A stretch of DNA of 64,000 bases from an uncultured beta proteobacterium (GCA_963697485.1 CAVOOD010000007.1:190611-254610); one strand, 5' to 3'. Counted from the first letter of the stretch, positions 18,468 to 29,087 are shown. A program made the numbers and translations. The notes: a model not told the origin generated them from the letters alone.

Positions 18468-20132
18468 GTGGCCCAGTACGTCTACACGATGAACCGCGTC
18501 GGCAAGATCGTGCCGCCGAAGCGGGTCATCCTCAAGGACATTTCGCTGTCGTTTTTCCCCGGCGCCAAGATCGGCGTGCTCGGCCTGAACGGCTCGGGCA
18601 AGTCGAGCCTGTTGCGCATCATGGCCGGCGAGGATCGCGAGTTCGAGGGCGAGGCGGTGCCGATGCCGAACATGCGCATCGGTTACCTGCCGCAGGAGCC
18701 GCAACTCGCCCCGGACAAGTCGGTGCGCGAAACGGTCGAGGAAGGGCTTGGCGAAATTCTCCAGGCCAAGCGAAAGCTCGATGAAGTCTACGCGGCCTAT
18801 GCCGAGCCCGACGCCGACTTCGATGCGCTGGCGGCGGAGCAGGCGCGCCTCGAGGCCGTCATCGCAGCCGCCGGCGCCGACACCGAAGTGCAGATGGAAA
18901 TCGCCGCCGATGCGCTGCGGCTCGCGCCCTGGGACGCGACGATCGGCAAGCTGTCGGGCGGTGAAAAGCGCCGCGTCGCGCTGTGCCGACTGCTGCTGTC
19001 CAAACCCGACATGCTGCTGCTCGACGAGCCGACCAACCATCTGGATGCCGAAAGCGTCGAATGGCTCGAGCAATTCCTGCTGCGCTTTCCAGGCACGGTG
19101 ATCGCGGTCACGCACGATCGCTACTTCCTGGACAACGCCGCCGAATGGATCCTCGAGCTCGACCGCGGCTACGGCATTCCTTGGAAAGGCAACTACAGCT
19201 CGTGGCTCGAGCAGAAGGAGCAGCGGCTGGAGATCGAGGCCAAGCAGGAATCGGCGCGCATCAAGGCGATGCAGAAGGAGCTCGAGTGGGTGCGCACCAA
19301 TCCGAAGGGCCGCCAGGCGAAGGCCAAGGCGCGCATCGCCCGCTTCGAAGAGCTGTCCAGCCACGAGCACCAGAAGCGCAACGAGACGCAGGAAATCTTC
19401 ATCCCGGTCGCCGAGCGGCTCGGCGGCCAGGTGATCGAGCTCTCCGGCGTGAGCAAGGGCTATGGCGACCGGCTGCTGATCGACGATCTCAGCTTCAGCG
19501 TGCCGCCGGGTGCGATCGTCGGCATCATCGGCCCGAACGGCGCGGGCAAGACGACCTTGTTCCGCATGATCACCGGCGCCGAAAAACCGGACAAGGGCAA
19601 GATCGTCATCGGCTCGACGGCGAAGCTCGCCGTCGTCGACCAGTCGCGGGAGGCGCTGCCCGACGGCAAGACCGCGTGGGAAGCGATCTCCGGCGGCCAC
19701 GACATCCTGACGGTCGGCAAGTTCGAGATGCCCTCGCGCGCTTACCTGGGCCGCTTCAATTTCAAGGGCGCCGATCAGCAAAAAATGGTCGGCACGCTTT
19801 CCGGCGGCGAGCGCGGGCGGCTGCACCTCGCGCTGACCTTGCTCAAGGGCGGCAACGTGCTGCTGCTCGACGAGCCGTCGAACGATCTCGACGTCGAGAC
19901 GCTGCGCGCGCTCGAGGACGCATTGCTCGAGTTCGCCGGCAGCGTGCTGGTGATCTCGCACGACCGGTGGTTTCTCGACCGCATCGCCACGCACATACTC
20001 GCGTTCGAAGGCGACTCGCGGGTGGTGTTCTTCGAGGGCAATTACCAGGAATACGAAGCCGACAAGAAAAAGCGCCTGGGCGAGGAAGGCGCGCGGCCGC
20101 ATCGCATCCGTTACAAGGCGCTGATGGCTTGA
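18468..20132 (+). CDS. ettA: Energy-dependent translational throttle protein EttA (ABC-F)
   Basis: The N-terminus MAQYVYTMNRVGKIVPPKRVILKDISLSFFPGAKIGVLGLNGSGKSS is near-invariant in EttA. Two ABC cassettes, 554 aa. Confidence 0.93.
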   Translation: MAQYVYTMNRVGKIVPPKRVILKDISLSFFPGAKIGVLGLNGSGKSSLLRIMAGEDREFEGEAVPMPNMRIGYLPQEPQLAPDKSVRETVEEGLGEILQAKRKLDEVYAAYAEPDADFDALAAEQARLEAVIAAAGADTEVQMEIAADALRLAPWDATIGKLSGGEKRRVALCRLLLSKPDMLLLDEPTNHLDAESVEWLEQFLLRFPGTVIAVTHDRYFLDNAAEWILELDRGYGIPWKGNYSSWLEQKEQRLEIEAKQESARIKAMQKELEWVRTNPKGRQAKAKARIARFEELSSHEHQKRNETQEIFIPVAERLGGQVIELSGVSKGYGDRLLIDDLSFSVPPGAIVGIIGPNGAGKTTLFRMITGAEKPDKGKIVIGSTAKLAVVDQSREALPDGKTAWEAISGGHDILTVGKFEMPSRAYLGRFNFKGADQQKMVGTLSGGERGRLHLALTLLKGGNVLLLDEPSNDLDVETLRALEDALLEFAGSVLVISHDRWFLDRIATHILAFEGDSRVVFFEGNYQEYEADKKKRLGEEGARPHRIRYKALMA

Positions 20133-20213
20133 TTGCGTAACGGGGCGGGCGTTGCGCGGGCGGCCAGAGGCCAGCACAATGGCCGCCGGATCGGGAGCTC
20201 CAAGGGGGAGGCG

Positions 20214-23200
20214 ATGAAGTGCCGGACGTGTGGCCGCGTGTCGCGGCCCGGGCAGCGGTTCTGCGAATCCTGCGGGACGCAGGTCGACAAGTCCTGCCCG
20301 ATGTGCAATGCCCCGGCGGCGCCGGACGCCAGTTTCTGCGGCACCTGCGGCGCATCGTTTTCCGACAGCGCGGATGTGCAACGCACGTCCGAGGCTGCAA
20401 CTGCGGCCGGCCATTCTGCGATCCCATCGGAGGGTGAGCGTCGCCAGTTGACGGTGCTGTTCGCCGACGTCGTGGGTTCGACGGCGCTCGCCGGAAGACT
20501 GGACCCCGAGGCATTGCGCGACGTGCTGCGCGCCTACCAGGACATCTGCAACAAATGCGTCACGCGCTACGGCGGAAACATCAACCAATACATTGGAGAC
20601 GGCGCGGTAGCTTTTTTTGGTTATCCGTCGGCGCACGACAACGACGCCGAGCGTGCCATCCTTGCCGGCTTGGCCATCATCGCTGGCGTGCGCGAGCTGG
20701 ACGCGTCTCTGAAGTCGCAGGGTGAGGCCGGGCTCCAGGCGCGGATCGGGATCCATACCGGTCTCGTCGTTGTCGGCGCCATGGGTGCCGGCGGCGCGAA
20801 CATCGATCATGCGGTTGGCGAAACACCCAATATCGCCGCAAGAATCCAGGCCGAAGCCCCGCCCAATGCCGTATGCATCAGCGCGTCGACGCTCGGCCTC
20901 GTCGGCAAACGCTTCGATGTGCGGTCGCTTGGGGCACGGACATTGAAAGGGATGGCGACCGATACGGAGCTCTATGAGGTTGCCGGTGCGGTCGAGTCCA
21001 AGTCTGGACCGGAGAGCCGTCAGACGGCGCCGCTCGTGGGCCGCGAGATGGAGCTTCGGCACTTGCTGGAACGATGGGACCTGGCTCGCCGCGGGCAAGG
21101 GCAGGCAGTACTGCTGTCCGGAGAGGGAGGAATCGGAAAATCCCGGTTATTGAGCGCATTTCGCGAACATGCTTCTGCCGAAGGCAGTGCCTGGCGCAGC
21201 ATTTATTGTTCACCGTTCTATCAGAACAGCGCGCTGCATCCGATTATCGATCTCATCGAACGCGCGATAGAGGCGGGCGCAACGCCGGAATCCGACCGTG
21301 CTGCCGCATTGAGACAGAGCCTGAAAGCATCGGGTATCAACGACGACACCACCTATCGGCTTATCGCGGCGCTGCTTGGCCTGGGGGAAGAAAACAGCCA
21401 GGCGCTAAGCGATCTCGCTCCGGCTCAACGCAAGCGCCGCACGCTCGACGCCCTCATCGCGTGGCTCCGTGCCGATGCGCAAAAGTATCCGCTGGTCGTC
21501 GTCGTCGAGGACCTACATTGGATCGACGCATCGACGCGCGAACTGCTGGGGATGCTTCTGGAGCGCATCGTCGAAGTGCCTATGCTGGTCGTCCTGACTT
21601 TCCGCCCCGAGTTTGTTCCGACGTGGGCGATGCACGGGCAGATTTCCATGATCGCACTCACCAAGCTGTCTGCCGAGCAGGTGGCGACGGTGGCCAGAGG
21701 CGTGACCGGCGGCAAGGCGCTGCCCCCGTCGATTGCTGACGAGATCGTGCGTCGTACGGATGGCGTGCCCTTGTTTGCAGAGGAGCTTACCAAGGCGATA
21801 TTGGCATCCGGACTGGTCGAGGAGCATGACGGCGAGCTGGAGCTCTCCAAGAGCCAGCTCTCACACCTCGAAGTCCCGTCGACGCTTCGCGACTCGTTGA
21901 CGGCACGCCTCGATCGCCTCGGGCCTGCCAAGGCTGTCGCGCAACTTGCTTCCGTGCTCGGCCGCGCATTCGACTACTCGATTCTGCAGTCGGTGTGCGA
22001 TCTTCCCGCCGCCGAGCTCGAGGATCAGCTGGCCGCGCTGAATCGCGCGGACATCATTCAGCAAAGCGGGGTTCCGCCGCAATCGTACTATGTCTTCAAG
22101 CACGCGCTGATCCAGGAAGCGGCTTACGATACCCTTCTGAAGAGCGTTCGCCAGCGCCACCATCAGCGGATTGCGCAGTCGTATGTCGAGCGCTTTCCGG
22201 ATGTGGTGCAGTCGCGGCCGGAGCTGGTGGCCCATCACTACAGCCGCGCGATGATGCCAGGCGCCGCGGTCCCGTTCTGGCAGCAGGCGGGTGAGCTTGC
22301 CGTAGCGCGCTCCGGCTACGAAGAGGCCGTTGCGCACCTCGGCGAGGCGCTCGAGCAGATCCGGCTCGTTCCCGACTCGAAGGCGCGCGCTGCCACCGAA
22401 CTTGGCTTGCGGGTGACGATCGGACCGGCACTGATCGCCGGCAAAGGCATGGCCGCACCGGAAACCGGGGCCAACTATACCCGGGCTTGCGAGCTCGCCG
22501 AAACGCTCGGCGAGACGAAGGAGCAATTCGCGGCGTTGTGGGGCGATTGGGTTTACAAGAATAGCGCCGGGCAGCTCATCGCGGCTTCGCGCCGGTCCGA
22601 GGACCTCGTCATGCTCAGCCGCAAGCTTGGCGACGACGAATATATTTTGCAGGCACATCACTCCCGATGGACCAATTACTTTTTTCTCGGCGACATCACG
22701 GTCACGCGCGCGGACTCGCTGCAGGGGATCCAGATCTACGACCGCGCCAGACATCGGAATCACAAGCATCTGTATGGCGGCCACGACCCCGGCGTGTGCG
22801 CCTACAATTTTGGCGCAAACGCGGCCTGGGCAGCCGGACACACCAAGGAGGCTCTGCGCCTCGCGGAGGATTCGGTGACTCTGGCGAAGGACCTCGATCA
22901 CTCGCTGAGCCTTGCAACCGCGTATCTTTTCTCGCTGCAGGTGTTCCATTATGTACGCGATCACACTGCCGTAGTGGCAGGCGCTGAAGCATTGCTCGCG
23001 CTCTGCGAAAAGCATCGGTTCCCGCAATGGGTTGGCTCGGGCTTGGTGCTATCCGGTGTGTCGCATGTCGCGCAGGGCAGCACGGACCTCGGTTTGAAGC
23101 TTATCGACGACGGGCTCAAAGCGCAGCGCGCGAAGGGGCACGTAGGCATTTCCTTGATGCTCCTGGCGTTGGCCGCCGACTCGCATCTCAAGCTCGGCAA

Positions 23201-23555
23201 CGCGGGCCGCGCGGGGGAACTGCTGACAGAAGCGACCGAACTCGCGGACAAGAGTCACGTGGGATGGTATCGCCCGGAAGTCGTGCGCTTGCAGGCGGAG
23301 TTGATGCTGCAAACAAAGCAGATCGCCGTCGACGACGCGATTGCGCGCGTCGAGCATGCCGCGTGGCTAGCGAAGGAAAAAGGCTCCATCGCGCTGGAAT
23401 GGCGCGCGACTACGGCGCTTGCTCGCCTGCTCGAGCAGCGCGGAGGCGCTGAGGCGGCTCGCGACCGTCTGCGCGCGGTCTGCGGCTCGTACGCCGATGG
23501 TCTTGACTCGCTGGAGCTTGATGAAGCGAAAAGCCTGCTCGTTGCCCTGAGCTGA
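20214..23555 (+). CDS. Multidomain signalling protein: double zinc ribbon, class III adenylate/guanylate cyclase domain, STAND/AAA ATPase, TPR repeats
   Basis: CRTCG..CESCG..CPMCN..CGTCG; the cyclase core LTVLFADVVGSTAL...YIGDGAVAFFG...RIGIHTGLVVVG...GETPNIAARIQ; the P-loop LLSGEGGIGKSRLL; and a long helical-repeat C-terminus. A good SD (gggggag) precedes the ATG at 20214. Confidence 0.85.
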   Translation: MKCRTCGRVSRPGQRFCESCGTQVDKSCPMCNAPAAPDASFCGTCGASFSDSADVQRTSEAATAAGHSAIPSEGERRQLTVLFADVVGSTALAGRLDPEALRDVLRAYQDICNKCVTRYGGNINQYIGDGAVAFFGYPSAHDNDAERAILAGLAIIAGVRELDASLKSQGEAGLQARIGIHTGLVVVGAMGAGGANIDHAVGETPNIAARIQAEAPPNAVCISASTLGLVGKRFDVRSLGARTLKGMATDTELYEVAGAVESKSGPESRQTAPLVGREMELRHLLERWDLARRGQGQAVLLSGEGGIGKSRLLSAFREHASAEGSAWRSIYCSPFYQNSALHPIIDLIERAIEAGATPESDRAAALRQSLKASGINDDTTYRLIAALLGLGEENSQALSDLAPAQRKRRTLDALIAWLRADAQKYPLVVVVEDLHWIDASTRELLGMLLERIVEVPMLVVLTFRPEFVPTWAMHGQISMIALTKLSAEQVATVARGVTGGKALPPSIADEIVRRTDGVPLFAEELTKAILASGLVEEHDGELELSKSQLSHLEVPSTLRDSLTARLDRLGPAKAVAQLASVLGRAFDYSILQSVCDLPAAELEDQLAALNRADIIQQSGVPPQSYYVFKHALIQEAAYDTLLKSVRQRHHQRIAQSYVERFPDVVQSRPELVAHHYSRAMMPGAAVPFWQQAGELAVARSGYEEAVAHLGEALEQIRLVPDSKARAATELGLRVTIGPALIAGKGMAAPETGANYTRACELAETLGETKEQFAALWGDWVYKNSAGQLIAASRRSEDLVMLSRKLGDDEYILQAHHSRWTNYFFLGDITVTRADSLQGIQIYDRARHRNHKHLYGGHDPGVCAYNFGANAAWAAGHTKEALRLAEDSVTLAKDLDHSLSLATAYLFSLQVFHYVRDHTAVVAGAEALLALCEKHRFPQWVGSGLVLSGVSHVAQGSTDLGLKLIDDGLKAQRAKGHVGISLMLLALAADSHLKLGNAGRAGELLTEATELADKSHVGWYRPEVVRLQAELMLQTKQIAVDDAIARVEHAAWLAKEKGSIALEWRATTALARLLEQRGGAEAARDRLRAVCGSYADGLDSLELDEAKSLLVALS

Positions 23556-23591
23556 GCAGCACATCGATGAGCTAGCCTCGACAGGCCACTT

Positions 23592-24290
23592 CTACCGGAT
23601 CCTCCTGGCGTACAACAGCGAGAGTTCCGCGCGCCGTGCAAAACCCAGCGCGAGGTACAACTCGATCGCGCGCTTGTTGGCGCTCTCGACGTGAAGGATC
23701 GGCGTCTGCCCCGCGCGCATCATCGCATTGACGACCCGCGCTATCAGCGCCCTCGCGTACCCGCGTCCCTGAACGTCGGGATGCGTGCACACGGCGCTGA
23801 CCTCGCTGAAATCATCGATCCACAGCCGCTCGCCCGCCATCGCCACCAGGCGTCCCGACAGACGCAATCCGATATACGTTCCCAGTTCGATCGTGCGGAG
23901 TCGAAACGGTCCGGGCTTGGTGAGTTCGACCAGCGCCAGCATTTCGGGAACATCGGCCGGGCCAAGGGTCGATGCATCGACATCCCCCTCCGATAACGGC
24001 GTCCGTTCGTTCCGGATCATCTGGGTCAGGCGCGATTCGTACAGGATTTCCCAATGGGGCGGCAGCTTGGGCATCGATCGCGCGACGGTTGCCATGTCAT
24101 CGCCGACGTCCACGAGCGTTTCCAGGGCGGTGATGTTCGCCGGTCCCGGCGCGGCCAATCCGGCGATCGGCGAAATGTCGGCCGGATATCGCCGTGCGAG
24201 CGTTCCCCCCAGCGCGAAATGCGCATGCCCGGTCGTCAGGCTCGACCAGAAGGGGTTATCGAGGGCGCGCTGGAGGTCGGAAGCGATCAT
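23592..24290 (-). CDS. GNAT-family N-acetyltransferase
   Basis: The C-terminal acetyl-CoA binding region is VCTHPDVQGRGYARALIARVVN...ILHVESANKRAIELYLALGF. The start at ATG 24290 is preferred. Confidence 0.75.
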   Translation of the reverse strand: MIASDLQRALDNPFWSSLTTGHAHFALGGTLARRYPADISPIAGLAAPGPANITALETLVDVGDDMATVARSMPKLPPHWEILYESRLTQMIRNERTPLSEGDVDASTLGPADVPEMLALVELTKPGPFRLRTIELGTYIGLRLSGRLVAMAGERLWIDDFSEVSAVCTHPDVQGRGYARALIARVVNAMMRAGQTPILHVESANKRAIELYLALGFARRAELSLLYARRIR

Positions 24291-24442
24291 CGCCGGTATT
24301 CTGTCACGCGACGCCGCCCTCGGGCGCGACGACAGCACGGTTCGATGCGATGCTGCCCGGCGCGCGAGTCGTCGTCTGCGGTGTGCGATTGCGGCGAGGC
24401 TCAAACCGCTGCAAACTGCGCAGGCTCCGATCGAAGCAGAAC

Positions 24443-25075
24443 ATGATCACCGTCTATCACCTGGAGACCTCGCGCTCCGAGCGCATTGTCTGGCTGATGG
24501 AGGAGCTCGGTCTTCCGTACGATCTGCAGGTCTTTCCGCGCGAGACGACCGGTGCGGCTCCGCACCCGTTGAAGGAAATCCACGCGCTCGGCAAGGCGCC
24601 GGTGATCCGCGACGGCGACATCGTGCTCGCCGAGTCGGGTGCGATCGTCGACTATGTCGTCCATCGGCACGGGGGTGGGCGTCTGGCGCTTGCGCCCGAA
24701 GATTCCGCGTATGCGCGTTACGTCTACTGGCTGCACTTCGCCGAAGGCAGCCTGATGTCGCTGCTGCTGATCGCGCTCGTGCTGAGCCGCGTCAAGGAAG
24801 CTGCGGCGAGCCCGGTCACGGCGCGTATCCGCGAGCGGATCAAGCAAATGCTGAGCTTCGTCGACGTCGAGCTCGCCGGCGGTCCGTGGTTCGCCGGCGA
24901 AGCATTCACCGCGGCCGACGTGATGATGGTGTTCCCGTTTACGACCTTGCGGAACTTCCTCGACTACGATCTAGCGCCGTACGCCAACATCGCCGCCTAC
25001 CTCGCGCGGGTCGGGGCTCGCCCGGCGTACAGGAAGGCGATGTCGATCGCGGGTCCGACGAAGACGTATGTTTGA
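24443..25075 (+). CDS. Glutathione S-transferase family protein
   Basis: The N-terminal thioredoxin-like fold has SRSERIVWLMEELGLPY and GKAPVIRDGDIVLAESGAIVDY, followed by a helical C-domain. Confidence 0.85.
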   Translation: MITVYHLETSRSERIVWLMEELGLPYDLQVFPRETTGAAPHPLKEIHALGKAPVIRDGDIVLAESGAIVDYVVHRHGGGRLALAPEDSAYARYVYWLHFAEGSLMSLLLIALVLSRVKEAAASPVTARIRERIKQMLSFVDVELAGGPWFAGEAFTAADVMMVFPFTTLRNFLDYDLAPYANIAAYLARVGARPAYRKAMSIAGPTKTYV

Positions 25076-25777
25076 CTAGCCGGTCGGCAGGCTCGCCGGA
25101 CGATCGATAGCGCCGGCATCGCGCTGCCGCTGCATCGTGCGTGCGCGCAAACGATCTTCAATCTGCAGCACGACATCGGCCAGCGGATAGGCAAACGCGA
25201 CGCAGGTCCAGACGACGGTCTCGACGACCGCGACGCCAAGCGTCTCCCACCCGGTGAGACCGAGAATCACGCGCACCTCGAGAAAAACGATCGCCATCGC
25301 GAAGCTGCGTGTCATCCACTGCCGGTGCTGCTCGATCCTGCGGCCGCGGATGCACCAGAACGCCATTCCCGTCGCGAGCAGCCATAACGAAGCGTCGACC
25401 ACCGTGGCGATGGTGAATGAGCGCGGATCGCCGGTGCGCTCGTTCAGGTACTGGATCGTGACGCCGAGGGGCGCGGCGATGGCGACCAGGCCGACATAGA
25501 TCCGTCCGAGCGTCCGGTGCACGGTAATGTGCTGGGCGCGAATGCGGCTCGAGAACTGGGAGATCGCGAGGAAAATCGCGATGGCGCCGGCGATGCCATG
25601 CGGCAGCAGCCACCATTTGATCGGCTGGTAGTGCTCCCACGCCGGATCGGCGTCGTTGAGCAGAAACGCCTCGTTGTGCTGGATGACATACACGATCATC
25701 ATGCCGATGAACGCGAACAGCAGGTATTTGGCGCGCAGACGCCAGGCGCTTCTCTGCGGCACAGGAATGGTCGACAT
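25076..25777 (-). CDS. Integral membrane protein, DUF2306-like
   Basis: About 6 TM segments. LPHGIAGAIAIFLAISQFSSRIRAQHITVHRTLGRIYV fits the DUF2306 pattern recalled from memory. Confidence 0.5.
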   Translation of the reverse strand: MSTIPVPQRSAWRLRAKYLLFAFIGMMIVYVIQHNEAFLLNDADPAWEHYQPIKWWLLPHGIAGAIAIFLAISQFSSRIRAQHITVHRTLGRIYVGLVAIAAPLGVTIQYLNERTGDPRSFTIATVVDASLWLLATGMAFWCIRGRRIEQHRQWMTRSFAMAIVFLEVRVILGLTGWETLGVAVVETVVWTCVAFAYPLADVVLQIEDRLRARTMQRQRDAGAIDRPASLPTG

Positions 25778-25860
25778 TGCTTTCCTCCCGTCGGCAACGT
25801 GGGCGCAACTATACAACAGCGGGCCGATGGCCCGTGCCCAGCCGTTGCCGCACGCCGAAT

Positions 25861-27312
25861 TCAGCCGAGCATTTTCTTCAGCGCAGCGTTGACCTCGATC
25901 GGATTCGCCTTGCCCCGGCTTGCCGCCATCGCCTTGCCGACCAGCGACTGGAAAGCCTTGTCCTTGCCGGCCTTGTACTCGGCGACGATCGCTGCGTTGG
26001 CGGCGAGCACGTCGGCGACAATCTTCTCGATTGCGCCGACATCGGAAATCTGCCGCAGACCCCGCGCGGCGATGATCGCGTCGGCGTCGCCTTCGCCCGC
26101 CCACATCGCATCGAATACCTCTTTGGCGAGCTTGCCCGAAATCGTGCCATCTCCGATACGCCGCAGCATGCCGGCCAGCAACGTCGAAGACACCGGCGCG
26201 TCGGCGATATCGATCTCCGCTTTGTTGAGCGCAGCCGACACTTCCCCGAGCAGCCAGTTGCCGGCCAGCCGAGGATCGACGCCGGCGGCAACGAGCCGCT
26301 CGAAATAGGTGGCCATTTCGCGGCGGGAAACCAGCATTGCCGCTTCCGCCGCCGGCAACGCGTACTCGCGCACCAAGCGTGTCTGCATCGCCTCCGGCAG
26401 CTCGGGCATCTGGGTGCGAATCCGTTCGATCCATGCCTCGTTGATCGCCAGCGGCGGCAGGTCGGGATCGGGAAAATAACGGTAGTCCTGCGCGTCCTCC
26501 TTGCTGCGCATCGAGCGCGTCTCGCCGCGGTCGGGGTCGTACAGACGCGTTTCCTGCACGACGGCGCCGCCGTCCTCGATCAGCTCGGTCTGCCGGCGCA
26601 CCTCGAAATCGATCGCCTGCTGCAGAAAACGGAAGCTGTTCAGATTCTTGATCTCGCAGCGCGTGCCGAGCTTCGCCTCGCCTTGCCGGCGTACCGAGAC
26701 GTTGGCGTCGAAGCGGAAGCTCCCTTCCTGCATGTTGCCGTCGCAGATGCCGATCCAGCGCACCAGCGCGTGCAGCGTCTTGGCGTAGGCGACGGCTTCG
26801 GCGGCCGAGCGCATGTCCGGCTCGGACACGATTTCGAGCAGCGGCACGCCGGCGCGGTTCAAGTCGATGCCGGTCATGTCGTGGCCCGGCGTTCCGGGCG
26901 AGGCAATTCGCTCGTGCAGCGACTTTCCGGCGTCCTCCTCGAGATGCGCGCGCGTCAGCGCGATACGGATCTCGCCGCGGGTCGGCGACACGATCGCGAT
27001 CGATCCGCCCTGCACGACCGGTATTTCGTATTGCGATATCTGATAGCCCTTCGGCAGGTCGGGGTAGAAGTAGTTCTTGCGCGCGAACACGCTCTTCCGG
27101 TTGATCGCTGCCCCCGCGGCCAGGCCGAAGCAGATCGCGCGATCGACCGCGCCTTTGTTCAATACGGGCAGGACCCCGGGCAGTGCAATATCGACGGCCG
27201 AGGCCTGCGTGTTCGGCGCGGCGCCGAACGCCGTTGACGCGCCGGAAAAGACCTTCGATGCGGTCGACAGTTGCGCATGGGTCTCCAGCCCGATGACGAC
27301 TTCCCAGGTCAT
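25861..27312 (-). CDS. gatB: Asp-tRNA(Asn)/Glu-tRNA(Gln) amidotransferase subunit B
   Basis: [44 protein letters not shown] and a C-terminal YqeY-like tail. Confidence 0.95.
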   Translation of the reverse strand: MTWEVVIGLETHAQLSTASKVFSGASTAFGAAPNTQASAVDIALPGVLPVLNKGAVDRAICFGLAAGAAINRKSVFARKNYFYPDLPKGYQISQYEIPVVQGGSIAIVSPTRGEIRIALTRAHLEEDAGKSLHERIASPGTPGHDMTGIDLNRAGVPLLEIVSEPDMRSAAEAVAYAKTLHALVRWIGICDGNMQEGSFRFDANVSVRRQGEAKLGTRCEIKNLNSFRFLQQAIDFEVRRQTELIEDGGAVVQETRLYDPDRGETRSMRSKEDAQDYRYFPDPDLPPLAINEAWIERIRTQMPELPEAMQTRLVREYALPAAEAAMLVSRREMATYFERLVAAGVDPRLAGNWLLGEVSAALNKAEIDIADAPVSSTLLAGMLRRIGDGTISGKLAKEVFDAMWAGEGDADAIIAARGLRQISDVGAIEKIVADVLAANAAIVAEYKAGKDKAFQSLVGKAMAASRGKANPIEVNAALKKMLG

Positions 27313-27503
27313 CGGACTTCCCTCCGCGCTGCGCGCTTCGGGGCTGATTCGTGCTCCGGGCGGCCCTTCGCGGTCATTGAACTTCCCTCCGCGCTGCGCG
27401 CTTCGGGGCTGATTCGCGCTCGGGGCGGCCCTTCGCGGTCATTGAACTTCCCTTCGCGCTGCGCGCTTCGGGGCTGATTCGCGCTCGGGGCGGCCCTTCG
27501 CGC
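27309..27503. repeat. Three abutting 65-bp tandem repeats filling the gatA-gatB intergenic space
   Basis: Units lie at 27309-27373, 27374-27438 and 27439-27503, with 2-5 mismatches between units. On the coding (minus) strand each unit carries an RBS-like GGAGGGA/GAAGGGA and ends in caATGAcc. Confidence 0.95.
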
Positions 27504-28979
27504 TCATGGCGCGAACTCCGGCGGCACGCGGCGATGCCAGTCGGTGACCTGTTGATAGCGATGCGCGGCGTTGAGGATTTGCGCCTCGGCGAAGTGATTG
27601 CCCTGGATCTGGAGGCCGATCGGCAGGCCCGCGTCGTCGAATCCGCAGGGAATCGACATCGCCGGCGCCCCGGTCAGGTTGCCAGCGATGGTGAAAATGT
27701 CGTTCAGATACATCTTGACCGGATCGTCGCTCTTTTCGCCGAGCCGGAAAGCGGCCGTCGGCGACGTCGGTCCGACGATCAGGTCGCAGCTTTCGTAGGC
27801 GCGGCGGAAATCGTCGGCGATCAGCCGGCGTACCTGTTGCGCCTTCAGGTAGTAGGCGTCGTAGTAGCCGTGCGAGAGCACGTAGGTCCCGACCAGGATG
27901 CGGCGCTTGACCTCGGCGCCGAAACCTTCGGCGCGGGTTTTCCTGTACATGTCGTCGAGATCGCCGTAGCTCGCCGCGCGATGCCCGTAGCGCACGCCGT
28001 CGAAGCGCGACAGGTTGGACGAGGCCTCGGCAGACGCGATCACGTAATAGACGGGGACCGACAGGTGCACGTTCGGCAGGCTCACGTCGACCGTGACCGC
28101 GCCGAGCCGGCGGAATTCGTCGAGCGCGGTCTCGATCGCCCGCGCTACGGCGGCGTCGGTCCCGTCGCCCGCGTACTCGCGCGGCAGGCCGATGCGCAAA
28201 CCCGCCAGCGGCTTGCCGGTCGCCGCCGCGTCGATGTCGCGCGAGTAGTTCTCGCGTGGCCGGTCGAGGCTGGTCGAGTCGCGCGCATCGTGGCCGGCCA
28301 TCGCCGTCAGGAGCATTGCGCAGTCGGCGGCCGTCTGACCGAAGACGCCCGGCGTATCGAGACTCGACGCGAAGGCGACGAGCCCGTAGCGCGAGCACAC
28401 GCCATAGGTCGGCTTGATGCCGCACACGCCCGACAGCGCCGCCGGCTGTCGAATCGATCCCCCGGTGTCGGTGCCGGTCGCCGCGGGGACGAGCCGCGCC
28501 GCGACCGCCGCCGCCGACCCGCCCGAGCTGCCGCCGGCCACATAGTCGGCGTGCCACGGGTTCCTGACCGGGCCGAAATAGGAGTTTTCGTTCGACGAGC
28601 CCATCGCGAACTCGTCCATGTTGGTCTTGCCGACAAGCACCATGCCCGCGGCCGCCAACTGTTCGACGACAAAGGCGCTGTACGGCGCGACGAAGTTTTC
28701 CAGCATCCGCGAGCCGCAAGTCGTCTTGAGCCCCTCGGTCATGATGACGTCCTTGTGCGCGATCGGGATGCCGGTCAGCGCGCCGGCGTCACCGCGGGAG
28801 CGCTGGGCGTCAGCCGTCCGGGCTGCGGCGAGCGCGCGCTCGCGGTCTAGCGTCAGGAAGGCATTGAGGCGGCGGTTGGCCCGCTCGATGCGGACGAACA
28901 ATCCTTCGACCAGCTCGACGCTGGACAAGCGCCTGGAGGCGAGCGCCTGCGAAAGCTCGGTGAGCGGTGCGGTAATCAT
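27504..28979 (-). CDS. gatA: Asp-tRNA(Asn)/Glu-tRNA(Gln) amidotransferase subunit A
   Basis: Amidase signature [25 protein letters not shown] and [15 protein letters not shown]. Confidence 0.95.
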   Translation of the reverse strand: MITAPLTELSQALASRRLSSVELVEGLFVRIERANRRLNAFLTLDRERALAAARTADAQRSRGDAGALTGIPIAHKDVIMTEGLKTTCGSRMLENFVAPYSAFVVEQLAAAGMVLVGKTNMDEFAMGSSNENSYFGPVRNPWHADYVAGGSSGGSAAAVAARLVPAATGTDTGGSIRQPAALSGVCGIKPTYGVCSRYGLVAFASSLDTPGVFGQTAADCAMLLTAMAGHDARDSTSLDRPRENYSRDIDAAATGKPLAGLRIGLPREYAGDGTDAAVARAIETALDEFRRLGAVTVDVSLPNVHLSVPVYYVIASAEASSNLSRFDGVRYGHRAASYGDLDDMYRKTRAEGFGAEVKRRILVGTYVLSHGYYDAYYLKAQQVRRLIADDFRRAYESCDLIVGPTSPTAAFRLGEKSDDPVKMYLNDIFTIAGNLTGAPAMSIPCGFDDAGLPIGLQIQGNHFAEAQILNAAHRYQQVTDWHRRVPPEFAP

Positions 28980-29087
28980 CGGCGGCGAGATCGGGACCCG
29001 CGGCTTTGCCGCCGCGGCGACCTCGCACCGGGGCCGGCGGCAGTCGACGCGTGCGCTTGCCTTGGCGCGGTCAGTGGACCGGTTTCC

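Noticed and set aside
18360-21098. 912-aa ORF on the minus strand spanning ettA and the start of the cyclase gene
   Set aside because: It is antisense to two intact, motif-rich genes. It is a GC-driven lack of stop codons, not a gene.
27309-27507. Tandem repeats considered as a CRISPR array
   Set aside because: The repeats abut directly with no unique spacers, the unit is 65 bp, there are only three copies, and no cas genes are in the window.
28980-29087. Unusually long (108-bp) gatC-gatA spacer checked for relation to the 65-bp gatA-gatB repeat
   Set aside because: I saw no sequence similarity to the repeat unit and no convincing hairpin or ORF, so I left it unannotated.
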